Shown here: positions 35,418-47,130 of the stretch, piece by piece
Position numbering within the stretch: the first letter of the stretch is position 1
Layout of the letters: each line of letters begins with the position of its first letter
Source of the DNA: Mobula hypostoma
Taxonomy: Eukaryota
DNA: 64,000 nucleotides
Assembly: GCF_963921235.1 (NCBI RefSeq)
Contig: NC_086108.1
Coordinates: forward strand, 32,986,001 to 33,050,000
Direction of reading: 5' to 3'
The notes under the pieces: model-generated
Told to the model about the DNA's origin: nothing
Databases searched by the model: none
What the model saw: the letters and a program-made list of their open reading frames with translations, nothing else
Position numbers and translations under genes: made by a program

Positions 35418-37665
35418 TATAAGGGGTAAAAGAGATTTGAGGGTAGATATAGGACCAACAGAAAATGACACTGGAAATATTGTAATGAGACACAGAGATG
35501 GCAGAGGAACTGAATGCATATTTTGCATCAGTCTTCACAGTGGAAGACATCTGCAGTATACCAGACATTCAAGAGTGTCAGGGAAGCGAAGTAGGTGCAG
35601 TGAAAATTACGACTGAGAAGGTGCTCAGGAAGCTTAATGGTCTGAAGGTGGATAAATCTCCTGGACCTGATGGAATGCACCCTTGGGTTCTGAACAAAGT
35701 AGCTGGAGAGATTGCAGAGGCATTAACAATGATCTTTCAAGAATCGATAGATTCTGGCATTATACTGGATGACTGGAAAGTTGCAAATGTTACTCTGCTA
35801 TTTAAGAAGGGTGGGAGGCAGCAGAAAGGAAACTATAGACCTGTTAGCCTGACATCAGTGGCTGGAAAGTTGTTGGTTTGATAGTTAGGAATGAGATAAC
35901 GGAGTACCTGGAGGCACCTGACAAGATAGGCCAAAACCAGCATGGTTTCCTGCCTGACTAACCTACTGTAATTTTTTGAGGAAATTACAAGCAGGGTAGA
36001 CAAAGGAGATGCAGTAGATGTGGTGTACTTGGATTTTAAGAAGGCCTTTGACAAGGTGCTGCACATGAGGCTGCTTAGCAAGATAAGAGCCCATGGAATT
36101 ACAGGGAAGTTACTAGAATGGGTGGAGCATTGGTTGATTGGCAGAAAGCAGAGGATGGGAATAAAGGGCTCCTATTCTGGCTGTGGGTAGTGTTGAGGAA
36201 ACAGAGAGCCTGCAGAGAGACTTAAATAGTTTAGGGGAATGGGCAAAGAAGTGGTAAGTGAAATACAATGTTGGAAAGTGTATGGTCATGCACTTTGGTG
36301 GAAGAAATAAACGGGCAGACTATTATGTAGACGGCGAGAGAATTCAAAATGCAGAGATGCAAAGGGACTTGGGAGTCCTTGTGCACGATACCTAAAAGTT
36401 AACCTCCAGGTTGAGTTGGTGGTGAAGAAGTCAATGCAATGTTGGCATTCATTTCTAAAGGTATAGACTATAAGAACAAGGATGTGATATTGAAGCTCTA
36501 TAAGGCACTTGTGAAACCACACTTGGAGGATTGTGTGCAGTTTTGAGCTCCTTATTTTAGAAAGGATATACTGACATTGGAGAAGGTTCAGGGAAGATTT
36601 ACGAGAATGATTCCAGGAATGAAAGGGTAACCGTATGAGGAACGTCTGGCAGCTCTTGGGCTGTATTCCCCGGAGTTCAGGAGAAAGAGGGGGGTATCTC
36701 ATAGAAATGTTAAAAGGCCTGAACAGATTAGATATGGCAAAGTTATTTCCCATGGTATGGGAGTCTAGGACAAGAGGGCGCGACTTCAGGATTGAAGGAC
36801 GTCCATTTAGAACAGAGATGTGGAGAGATAATGTTGCAGCTTTATAGGACCCTGGTCAGACCCCACTTGGAGTACCGTGTTCCATTCTGGTCGCCTCACT
36901 ACGGGAAGGATGTGGAAACCATAGAAAGGGTGCAGAGGAGATTTACAATGATGTTGCCTGGGTTGGGGAGCATGCCTTATGAAAGCAGATTGAGTGAACT
37001 CGGCCTTTTCTCCTTGGAGCGGCAGAGGATGAGAGGTGACCTCATAGAGGTGTATAAGATGATGAGAGGCATTGATCGTGTGGATAGTCAGAGGCTTTTT
37101 CCCAGGGCTGAAATGGTTGCCACAAGAGGACACAGATTTAAGGTGCTGGGGCGTAGGTACAGAGGAGATGCCGGGGGAAGCTTTTTATGCAGAGAGTGGT
37201 GAGTGTGTGGAATGGGCTGCCGGCAACGGTGGTGGAAGCGGAACAATAGGGTCTTTTAAGAGACTTTTGGATAGGTACATGGAGCTTAGAAAAATAGAGG
37301 GCTATGGGTAGGCCTAGTAATTTCTAAGGTAGGGACATGTTCGGCACAACTTTGTGGCCGAAGGTCCTGTATTGTGCTGTAGGTTTTCTATGTTTCTATG
37401 ATTCTATGTTTCTAATTATTTTAGTCAGAGGATGATAAATCTGTGGAATTTGTTGCCATGAGCGGCTGTGGAGGCCAAGTCATTGGGTGCATTTAAGGCA
37501 GAGATAGATAGGTTCTTGATTAGCCAGGGCATCAATGGGTATGGGGAGAAGGCAGGGGAGTTGGGATGACTGGAAGAATTGGAACAGCCCATGATTGAAT
37601 GGCAGAGCAGACTTGTTGGGCCGAATGGCCTACTTTTGCTCCTATATCTTATGGTCTTATGGTCT
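35418..37665 (+). mobile_element. CR1 ORF2/3' UTR fragment with nested CR1-B
   Basis: ORF 35498-35881 has RT N-terminal motifs. Tail TCTTATGGTCTTATGGTCTT at ~37647-37666. Confidence 0.9.
36826..37414 (+). mobile_element. CR1 subfamily B 3' fragment nested in CR1
   Basis: ORF 36792-37202 switches to B-type sequence (LYRTLVRPHLEY) and ends in a (TTTCTATG)n tail. The host resumes at 37415. Confidence 0.88.
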
Positions 37666-37666
37666 T

Positions 37667-38175
37667 AAATGGTGAACGTCATTCACCAAAATACAAACTG
37701 ATAAAAGAATTCATGCCTTACTATAAATACAAGCTTGATCCAATTTTAGAGTCAGAGCACCACAAATTATATAATGACCGATCCGTTATTACAGACAGAA
37801 CAACCCATATAAACATCCGGATATAATAATATAGGGTAAACAAGCAACAATAACTTACTTAATGGATAATCCATTCCAAACACACATAACATACGGAAAT
37901 TAATAGGTGATAAACACCAGAAATATGCTGAATTATAAGAGGAAATTGAAAGACTATGGATTATGAACAGGGTATACATTGTCCCAATAGTAATATCTAC
38001 AACTGGCTTCATCCCAATGTCACTACACAAGTTAAACAATTAGGGCTACACGGCAATGTTTAGGAAAGTCACAATACTAAACACTACTAGAATAATCCAA
38101 AAGTTTCTAGCAATTGAGAAAAAGTGATCTTGACTATGCCCGTACCTCAGGTCTTACCAGTTTGAGCTGAGAAAA
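37667..38175 (+). mobile_element. R4/Dong-clade LINE 3' fragment (restriction-like endonuclease region)
   Basis: Frameshifted YYKYKLDPILESEHHKLY.DRSVITDRT..HPDIII...KHQKYAEL..IERLW...VYIVPIVISTTG motif series, typical of an RLE C-terminus. Confidence 0.75.
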
Positions 38176-38192
38176 AATATTAAAAAATTTTT

Positions 38193-38870
38193 ATAATGGT
38201 AATACCTTTATTTATAGAGCACTTTTCATGTACACAGTATGATGTAGTTCGAAGTGTTTTACAGTGGGATAAAAGTACAACATGAAAAAAAAACTCAAAT
38301 AAAAGACAAAAAGATGTTAGTTAAAAACAAGGTTAAATAAATAAGTTTTGAGCTGGCATTTAAAAGTCTCAATACCTTAAGGGTTTAGCTATTGAGTTTC
38401 ACAGTCTAGGAGCGTAGTTCAAAACCTGACCTGCTAATTATCTTTTGAAGGTGATTTTTTAAATTTAAGAAACCGGCAGAAGAAGACCTGAAAGCCCAAG
38501 CAAAAATGATTCTGTGATGTACTCATTAAGGGCTTTAAAAACAAATAAGAGAACTTTAAAATCAATTCTACAAGATACAGGAAGCTAGTGCAGAGTAGCT
38601 GGGATGGGAGTGGTATGCTCCTTCACCCTGGTTTTGGTTAAAAGTCAAGCAGCAGAGTTCTGAATTAGTTTGTCAATAGATTGCTCTGGAAGGCTAGTAA
38701 AAAGTGCATTGCAATAATCCAGTCTATTCGACATAAAGGCGTGAATTAGTTTTTCAGCATTATTATGTGATAGAAGTATTATGTGATTGCAGTATTTCTT
38801 AAGTGTAAGGTTGCTGCTCTGGTTACTTTCATTACGTGGGATTTAAAATTCAAATCTGAATTGAGATGTA
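38193..38870 (-). mobile_element. L2 LINE 3' fragment
   Basis: Minus strand reads AEKLIHAFMSNRLDYCNALF...IQNSAA...RIDFKVLLFVFKAL. Confidence 0.88.
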
Positions 38871-39202
38871 GTTGAGAACAATATTCTTGAATGTCGGTAA
38901 TAATCTTGGAAAAACGGGCTCTTCTTGCAGAGCATTAAAGGAAGCTGTTTTTCCTTGGAAATATTATGGTGGACATTTGGTCCAGTTTTCTTCCATTTTC
39001 TCTCAGCTACTCTGCATGATCACTTGAGTTTGTGGACAGATTTGTTTAACCATGACGATGTTTTACTGTGACTTTTTTTTTACTCTAAGTGGGGCCACTG
39101 TGTATAATATATTTGTCAAGTTATAGTTGAAAGAATCAACCATTTAATTCACTGCAACACACACAAAATGCTGGAGGAACTCAGCATCTATGGAAAAGAG
39201 TA

Positions 39203-39240
39203 CAGTCGACGTTTTGGGCTGAGAGCCCTCAGCGGGACTG
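39203..39240 (-). ncRNA. Hammerhead motif, degenerate
   Basis: CAGUC-CCGCUGA-GGGCUCUCAGCCC-AAAA-CGUC-GACUG. Confidence 0.55.
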
Positions 39241-39699
39241 GAGAGAAAAAGATGAGGGGTAGAGTTAAAAAGCTGGGGGCGGGGGAGTGGAGAAACGTAA
39301 GGTGATCGGTGAAACTGGGCAGGGGAGGGGTGAAGTAAAGAGCTGGGAAGTTGATGGGTGAAAGAGAAAAGGGGGGAAGGAGTGTCACAGGGAGGCGATG
39401 GGCAGGTGAAGAGATAAGGTGAGAGAGGGAGAAGGGGGTGGGGAATAGTGAAGGAGGGAGTGGCATTACAGGAAATTCGAGAACATCACCACCCTCCTGT
39501 GTTCCTGTCCCCTTTTCTTTCTTCCATGCCCTCCTGGCTTCTCCTATCAGAATCCCACTTCTCCAGCACTGTCTCTCTTTCACCAATCAGATTCCCAGCT
39601 CTTTACTTCATCCCTCCCCTCCCTGTTTCACCGATCATCTCGTGTTTCTCCCTCCCCTCCTCTCCCTACCTTTTAACTCTACCCTCATCTCTTTCACTC

Positions 39700-39737
39700 C
39701 AGTCCTGCCGAAGAGTCTCGGTCCGAAACGACGACTG
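39700..39737 (+). ncRNA. Hammerhead motif, variant core
   Basis: CAGUC-CUGCCGA-AGAGUCUCGGUCC-GAAA-CGAC-GACUG. Confidence 0.6.
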
Positions 39738-40139
39738 TACTCTTTCCCATAGATACTGCCTGGCCTGCTGAGTTCCTCCAGCATTTTGTGTGAGTTACTT
39801 GGATTTCCAGCATCTTCAGTTTTCTCTTGTTCGTCAGTTAATTTACTGAGCAGTTTAAGTCACATGGGCTAGATAAGCTAGCCAGCTCAGAGAATTTAAG
39901 CCGCGTGCAGCAACAAGAAACTGTTTTTTAACTGCAATTTTTTTCTTAGTCTTGGTTCCAGGCAGGGGGGCATCAAAAAGTACGCAAAAATAATCAGTGA
40001 TAGTAGTATCAGACAGAGAGACACAGGAAGGTTGACACCATTGGAAACCTCTCAGATAAAGGCTCTTCCCTGAAATGCTCTTCTTGTCTACAGATACAGC
40101 CAACCTGCTGATTGTTTCCAGCATTTTGTGATTTAGCCA

Positions 40140-40655
40140 CAGAAGAGGTGTGGCTGGCTAATATCATTCCTTTGTAACAGGGATAATTTGGGCATCTATA
40201 GGCCGGTGAGCATTGTGTCAATGGTAGGGAAATTATTGGAGAAACTCCCAAGATATAGAATTTATATACATTTGGAAAAGCAGGGTTGACCAGGCATATT
40301 CAGTATGGGTTTATGTGGGGAAAGTCCTGACTCGTTAGCATGATTGAGTGCTTTGAGGGGGTAACTCAGATGAAGGCAAGGCAGTAACATTGTCCGTATT
40401 AACTTAAGTGAGGCACTTGACAAGGTCTTGATGGTTAAGGCATGTGGGATCCAAAGCGTGCTGGCTAATTGATCCAAAGTTGGTTTGACAATAGAAGGCA
40501 GAGGGTGGTGGCAGAAGAATACTTTTCTGATTGGAAGTCTGTGACCAGTTGTATGCTGTAGGGATCAGTACAGAGCCCTTTGTTGTCTGTAATGTATATT
40601 AACCATTTGGATGTCAATGCAGGAGATATGATTAGAAAGCTTGTGGATGACATGA
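40140..40655 (+). mobile_element. Old CR1 RT fragment
   Basis: Decayed RQRVV..WKSVTS..GSV..PLL..MYIN.LD..IRKLVDD. Confidence 0.7.
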
Positions 40656-40679
40656 CAAGTCAAAAGTGAAGATCAAAAC

Positions 40680-43273
40680 AAAAACTGTAGATGCTGGAAA
40701 TAGTGAAATAAAAACAGAAAATATTAGAAATGTTCAGGTCAGGCTGTTTATATATGTGAGGAGAAAATAGAGCTAATACCTTAGGTCAAACATCGTTCAT
40801 CAGAACTGGAAAAAAGTGAAATAAAAAATTATTAAGCAGCAGGAGAGTGGGGAATGGGGGGTGGGGTAGTCATGTCTCTTAACTGGGATGTCCACGAGGA
40901 TAAGCTTATGCGAGGCTAGCTGGTCAATGAGTGAACGGGAGAGTTAGAGAGTGAGAACAAGAGACAAAGGGATATGCTTACAAAATGCAGAGCACAACGG
41001 CTTACCCAACAGCTCCGGCTTGTCCTTCACTCCCAGAGGACAAAAAGGAAAAAGTCAGTAAACAATATCAAAGACTGGTACAGATAGAAATCAAGTTACC
41101 TGAAATTGTGGTGCTCAATACGAAGACCGAAAGGCATCTATGTGCCCAGGGGGAAGAAGTAGAGGGTCCTCAAGTTCGTATTGCACACCATTGTAACAGT
41201 GCAGGGGGCTGAGATTGGTAGGTCAGAGTGGAAGTGGGATGGGGGACTGGGCTCGCAGTGTTGTCCCTGCGGACTGAATGGAGATGCCCTGCAGACCTAC
41301 TTTTGGTTTCTCTGATATAGGGTAGACCACAGAGTGATGACATGAACATAGTACACTTGATGCGAGGAGTGCAAATGACTTGCAGTGCACCTGGAAAAGC
41401 TGTTTAGGCCCCTGGGTTGTGGGAAGAGGAAACCATAAGACACAGGAGCAGAAGTAGGCCATTCGCGCTACTGACCTTGCTCTGCCATTCCATCATGGCT
41501 GATTTATTATCCCCCTCAACTCCATTCTCCTGCCTTTTCCCCATAGCCTTTGATACCTTACTGATCAAGAACCTGCTTTAAATACACCCAATGACCTGGC
41601 CTCCACAGTCATAAGTAGCAATGAATTCCACAGATACACCACCCTCTGGCTAAAACGAAAATCCTCCTTATCTCTGTTCCAAAGGGATGCCCTTCTATTC
41701 TGAGTCTATGCTCTCTGGTCCTGGACTCAACCACCATAGGAAGCATCCTCTCCATATCCACTATATGTAGGCCTTTCAGTATTCAATAGGTCTCAGTGAG
41801 ATCCTCTTCGTTCTGCTAAACTGCAGTGAGTGCAGGCCCAGAGTCATCAAATGCTCCTCACATATTAACCCTTTCATTCCCAGGATCATTCTCGTGCACC
41901 TCCTCCGGACCCGCTCCAATCCAAGCACATCCCTTCTTAGATAAGGGGCCCAAAACTGCTGACAATATTCTGTGTGGTCTGACAAATGCCTTATAAAACC
42001 AAATCATTTTATCTTTCCTTTGTATTCTAGTCTTCTCAAAATGAATGCTAACATTGCATTTGTCTTCCTTACCACTGACTCAGTACGCAAGTTAACCTTT
42101 AAGGAATCCTTTATGAGGAGCCTCAAGTCCATTTGCGTCTCTGATTTCTGAATTTGCTCCTTGTTTAGAATATAGTTCACACCTTTATTCCTTCTGTTAA
42201 AGTGCATGACCATGCACTTCTCTCTACTGTATTGCATCTGCCACTTCTTTGTCCATTCCTCTAATCCGTCTAAGTCCTTCTGTAGACTCCCTGCTTCCTC
42301 AACACTACCTGCCCCTCCACCTACCATTGTATCCATCAATCCCATCATCCAAATCATTGACATAACATGAAAAGAAGCTGTCCCAACACTGACCTCTCTA
42401 GGACACTACTAGACACTGGCAGCCAACCAGAAAAGGCCACCTTCATTCCAACTTTGCCTTCTGCCAATCTTCTATCCGTGCTAGCCTGGAATACCAGGGC
42501 TCTCTTCTTGTTTAGCAGCCTCATTTGTGGCACCTTGTCAAAGACCTTCTGAAAATCCACGTAAACAACATCCACCGATTTCTTCTGTCTAACCTGTCTG
42601 TTGTTTCCTCAAAGAATTCCAACAGATTTATCAAGCAAAATTTCCTATTAAGGAAAGCATGCTTACTTTGGCCCTTTTTATTATGTGCCTCCAAGTAGGC
42701 CTAAGTAATGGACTCCAACATCTTTCAAAACACTGAAGTCAGGCTAACTGGCCTATAATTTCCTGACTTTTGCCTTCCTCCCTTTTTAAACAGCGGAGTG
42801 ACATTTGCATGCAGTAGTAAGTATAAGTTCCATAAGAAGGTAGGATGATCGGTGGGAACAGAAAAATGGACAAGGGAGTCATGACGAGAATGGTCCTGCA
42901 AAAATGCTGCGGGGGAGGAGAGAGAAAGATGTGTTTGGTGGTTGAATTTCTTCAAAAAGGGCAGAAACTGCAGAGAACGGTCTGTTGAATGCTGATGTTG
43001 GTTGGTAGGAAGGTGAGGAGCAGAGGAATTCTATCTTCGCTCAATTCCAGAAGAACAGAGGTGAGATGCAGTCAAGGGTTTTATTACGAAGGTAGAATGG
43101 AAGCCATGGATCAATAAGAAGAAAATCATTTCAGAGGCACCTGTACAGAAAGTTTCATCATTGCAGCAATAATGTTGGAGACAGAAGAACTTGGAGAATG
43201 GAATAAAGTCCTTATAGAGGCAGCGTGAGATGAAGAATAGGTGAGATAGAGTGGGAGTCAGTAAGCTTCTCAC
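40680..43273 (-). mobile_element. Penelope-like element (Neptune-type): RT C-terminus, GIY-YIG and terminal repeat, split by a CR1
   Basis: 43031-43273 IPFSKFFCLQHYCCNDETF; 42725-42955 AFLQDHSRHDSLVH; ~41250-41430 GPKQLFQV...CGLPYIRETK. Terminal repeat at 40680-40815 with a CUGAUGA remnant near 40800. Confidence 0.78.
41433..42808 (-). mobile_element. CR1 LINE 5'-truncated, inserted in PLE
   Basis: ORFs 42354-42575, 42004-42363 and 41776-41985, with a TCTTATGG tail. Confidence 0.9.
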
Positions 43274-43509
43274 AACACTGTGGAAGCACTTTCAACAGAG
43301 CAACTACTATTGTTCAAGAAGGTACAATAGCTCACCATCTCCTTCTCAATTAAGATCAGGCAGTAAATTCTGATCCAGCCAGTGACAGCAAGTCCCTGAT
43401 AATGAATTTTAAAAAGCACTCATACAGCTGCAACACATGTATTTTCAGAGTGGCAGAAATCCTTACGTGTGCCTATGTAAGCATTACAAAATGCTGTAAT
43501 GTTTGCATT

Positions 43510-43755
43510 ACTGGACTAATAGCCAGGGTTTGGAACCATTTATCCAGAGACATGAGTTCAAATCCCACCCTGGCAGCTGTGGAATTTAAAGTCAAGTAAT
43601 TAACTTAACCTGGAATTAAAGCTGGACTCAGCAACTGCGGAAAAGCTGAGTCATTGAACACAAAACCTATCTACTGCTTCAGCAAGGAAGTTCACTATCC
43701 TTCCCTGCTCTGGCCTATGTGAGACTCCAGACCTAGTAATATTGTGGCTAACCTC
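43510..43755 (+). mobile_element. Old SINE
   Basis: B-box-like GAGTTCAAATCCC at ~43554 and a SINE-like body. Family not identified. Confidence 0.5.
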
Positions 43756-44096
43756 CTCCGGAACAACATACTGCTGGTGGTGGAGGCAGACGCAATAGAG
43801 ACATTTAAGAGGCCCTCATATAGACATGAATATGCATATGCAGACAACAAAGGGATATGGTTCATGTGCAGCCAGAAGGGATTTGGTGTCATTAGTTCAG
43901 CACAATATAATGGGCCAAAGAACCTGTTCCTGTGCTGTCCGTGTTCTATGTTCGATTGACATCCAAACTGAGAATCAATAAATAATGTAAACACCTACAC
44001 GTCCCTGATTCTACCATGACACCTGAACAAGGGTGAGGAGAAAAGAAAGTAAGGGATTGCCCTTGCCCCTAGTCACCCAGTATAGCAATTACTTGA

Positions 44097-44305
44097 ACAA
44101 CACACACAAAATGGTAGAGGAACCCAGAGGATCAGGCAACGTCATGGTGGGAGTTGAGTAGTCGACATTTCAGGCCAAGACCCTTCATCAGGACTGGAAA
44201 GAAATAGGGCAGAAGCCAGAATTAAAAGGTGGAATTAGAGGGAGGAGCTCAGGGTGGCAGGTGATAGGAGAGTCCAGGTGTGGGAGAAGGTAAGTTGGTG
44301 GAAGG
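44097..44305 (-). mobile_element. PLE terminal repeat fragment
   Basis: Same family as the copy at 10852. Weak possible TSD TTACTTGA / TTATTTGA. Confidence 0.8.
44160..44196 (-). ncRNA. Minimal type I hammerhead ribozyme motif, best-preserved copy
   Basis: CAGUC-CUGAUGA-AGGGUCUUGGCCU-GAAA-UGUC^GACU. All core residues are present; predicted cleavage between 44164 and 44163. Confidence 0.82.
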
Positions 44306-44509
44306 TTATTTGAGTGTGTCTACGTCATACAGTTTCCTGCGGTACAGGAAAAATTTGTCAAGGGTGAAGAGAAACTCCTTTATTTATCTTGTGATTCAGA
44401 TGGACTCCAGGTTCCTTCAGGGGGCCCAAAGCAACAGGAAGCTAAAGCCGGAAGAACTTCACAAATCTGCATACCCCCAATGTTACTGCTCTTTGTTGTC
44501 CCCTCCACT

Positions 44510-45130
44510 TAAATAGTTAGCATCTGCAACACCCTGCATACCATTGTGGGATGCACACTTGGAAATAATGATAATAAATTAGCCACTGCTGCTGGGAACA
44601 TTTTTGACACCAGATCAAGGATATCATGACCTTTGTTTCCATAGACTGAGCAGATCAGACATGGGTATGTAGGGTCACAGTTGGATCTGTCTCCGATCTG
44701 TTGGTTCTGTTGAATTGCTCCCTGCATATTCTTGAGAGGTGGGGTCAATGATAGGAAGTCTTCTCTCCTCTTGTGGAGTTCTGTGCACTTTTTCCTCTTG
44801 CTCCTGGTCATGTTGGACACCATCCAGGACCTGCTCAGAAGCACTCTGCAATGAGGTGCACACTTTGTGCTCATCTTCACACCCCACAACAATTGCTACC
44901 AGACACCTTTGTCACTTGGAAACATCCATGGTAATCTGCCACCAAATCCTCAACAGACCTGGCAGGTGACTGATCACACCCCTCCCCCTTAACCTGTATT
45001 CTGAGAGTGGCCCATCTGACTTCCCATTCAGAAAATCCTGGACATCTTCACAGAAAAGTTTCAAGTGAGCCCTGCAGTGCGACTTCTGTCGTCTGCTGAT
45101 TTTCCATGACTTCTGCATACTAGCCTGTTA
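44510..45130 (-). mobile_element. Decayed Tx1/L1-like LINE remnant
   Basis: Weak resemblance (KNVP motif region) to Tx1-like ORF2; heavily frameshifted. Confidence 0.35.
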
Positions 45131-45611
45131 AGTGCATGGGAGTGTCAGGCAGAGTTAAGGATGCTGCACAACTCACAGTACTTCACCTGAAAGGCATGAT
45201 GCAAACACTTCAACTCTGTTTTTTAATCACATGATCCTGGCAAAGGTTACACGCTTTAATAGAATGTCTAAGCCATGAACCACCTTCAGAAATTGCAAGT
45301 AAAGATTAAATGGTGGAGTAAACAATGTATTAATGTAGTGTCATGTCACCACTTGATATTTCAAAGTAGTTCATAATCAATTACGCCTTTGTACAACTTA
45401 GATATGATTGTAATAGGAAGTGCAGCAGTCAAAAAGCTGTACAGATGTTTATCTCAGGAAGGGAATTAATTAAAGAACTTTTCCATCAACTCCCTCACAA
45501 TGACAAATCTAATGGGTAAACTTTCCCACTTTCATTAATCATGTTTAAGGACAGGACAGTAAGTTTTCCAGCAGGATCCCGTGCAAAGAAATTTCTACCA
45601 GAGCGTTATCC

Positions 45612-46365
45612 ATACTCATCCTTCTAAACTCTGATGAGTATAGGCCTTGAGCCATCAAATGCTCCTCATACGTCAACCTGGAATCATCCTCATGAACCTC
45701 CTCCGGACCATCTCCAATGCTAGCACATCTTTTCTTAGATGAGGGGCCCAAAGCTGCTCACAATAAAAGTGAGGTCTGACCAATACCTTATAAATCCTCA
45801 GCATTACATCCTTGCTTTTATATTCTTGTCCTCTTGAAATGAATGCTATTTGTATTTCTTACGACCGGATCAAACTGCAAGTTGACCTTTATAGAATCCT
45901 GTATGAGGACTCTCAAGTCCCTTGCACCTCAGGTTTCTGAATTTTCTCTCTGTTTAGAATTTAACTCTGCCTTTCTTTCTTCTACCAAAATGCCTAACCA
46001 TACACTTCCCTGCACTGCCAGCTGCCACTTCTTTGCCCAATCTCCCAATCTGTCTAAGTCTCCCTGGAGTGCTTTCTCAACTCTGCCTGCCTATCCATCT
46101 ATCTGTGTATCATCCAAAACATGGTCACAAAACCATCAATTCCATCATCCAAATCATTGACATATAATGTGACAGGAAGCAGTCCCAACACCAACTCCTG
46201 TGAACACCACTGGTCACCGACAGCCAACCGGAAAAGACTCCTTTATTCTCCGCCAGTCAGCCAATTTTCTATCCATACTAGTGTCTTTCCTGTAGTATCG
46301 TAGGCTCTTATCTTGTTTATCAGCCTAATACGTGGCACCTTATCAAAGGTCTTCTGAAATTCATC
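45612..46365 (-). mobile_element. CR1 RT fragment
   Basis: Reverse complement of FQKTFDKVPR ... LYKVLVRPH ... EFRRM. Confidence 0.85.
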
Positions 46366-46869
46366 TTGGATGATTAAAAAAGTGATTACAATCCCTTGGG
46401 TGTGATTGGAAGTCAGTAAGGGTGTCTTTCATTGATGTTATTTGAAAACTTGCTGGAAATGAAGAAGCAATCTATGTCAAATATCATTTAATGCAGAAGT
46501 GTTTCCCTTCATACATATTGCTGCCGTTGCAAACTCACTTAGTGACTAGAAAAAGTTCTGTAAAATTTGAGATGATTTTCTCCAAACAGCAAAACCATAT
46601 ACTTCTATCACACATGAAAATTTTCAGCGATGGCTCCCACTGCTGCTGTTATAAGAATGCAATTCTGTCTTTTTATTAATCTTTGGGGTTGATTTTAATT
46701 TCCATTATTAGGTGTCGAATGAATAATAGCAAATTAGCGTCCCGTTTTATATCCCAGTTCTAATTTTCATTTCTGTTGATGAGCAGAAAGAAACATGGGA
46801 GAGATAAGAGGCAGCCAGCTAGCTTACTGACGAGAGTCACCTACCTGGCAATGAGTGTTAATGGTTTTA

Positions 46870-47130
46870 TTTAATTATTTTGTAGATACAGTATGGCAAC
46901 AGGCTTATCGAGCCTAATGAGACCATGCCACCCAATTACACCTTTGCAACCAATTAATGTAACTAAACTGTACGCCTTTGGAATCTGGGAGGAATCCAGA
47001 ACACCCAGAGGAACCCCACATGGACATGGGGAAAACCTACAAACTCCTTACAGACAAGAGTGGAATTGAGCTTGGGTCTGGGTCTCTGGCCTTGTAATAG
47101 GGTTATGCTAGCCACTACACTACCATGTTC
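46870..47130 (-). mobile_element. tRNA-derived SINE
   Basis: Reverse-complemented core GGGAGGAATCCAGAACACCCAGAGGAACCCCAC. Confidence 0.75.

Larger units (their letters stand above)
39155..39837. mobile_element. Inverted (head-to-head) PLE terminal repeat insertion with two hammerhead motifs
   Basis: Arms at ~39155-39482 (-) and ~39488-39830 (+). TSD TTAATTCACTG (39144-39154) / TTAATTTACTG (39838-39848). Confidence 0.88.

Noticed and set aside
35350..35616. ORF with poly-Asn (and poly-Ile on the other strand)
   Set aside because: Translation of the (TAA)n microsatellite.
39188..39771. Overlapping 100-130 aa Pro/Ser/Leu-rich ORFs (also 7332-7786 and 25313-25876)
   Set aside because: Stop-poor pyrimidine-rich PLE terminal repeat sequence, not protein-coding genes.
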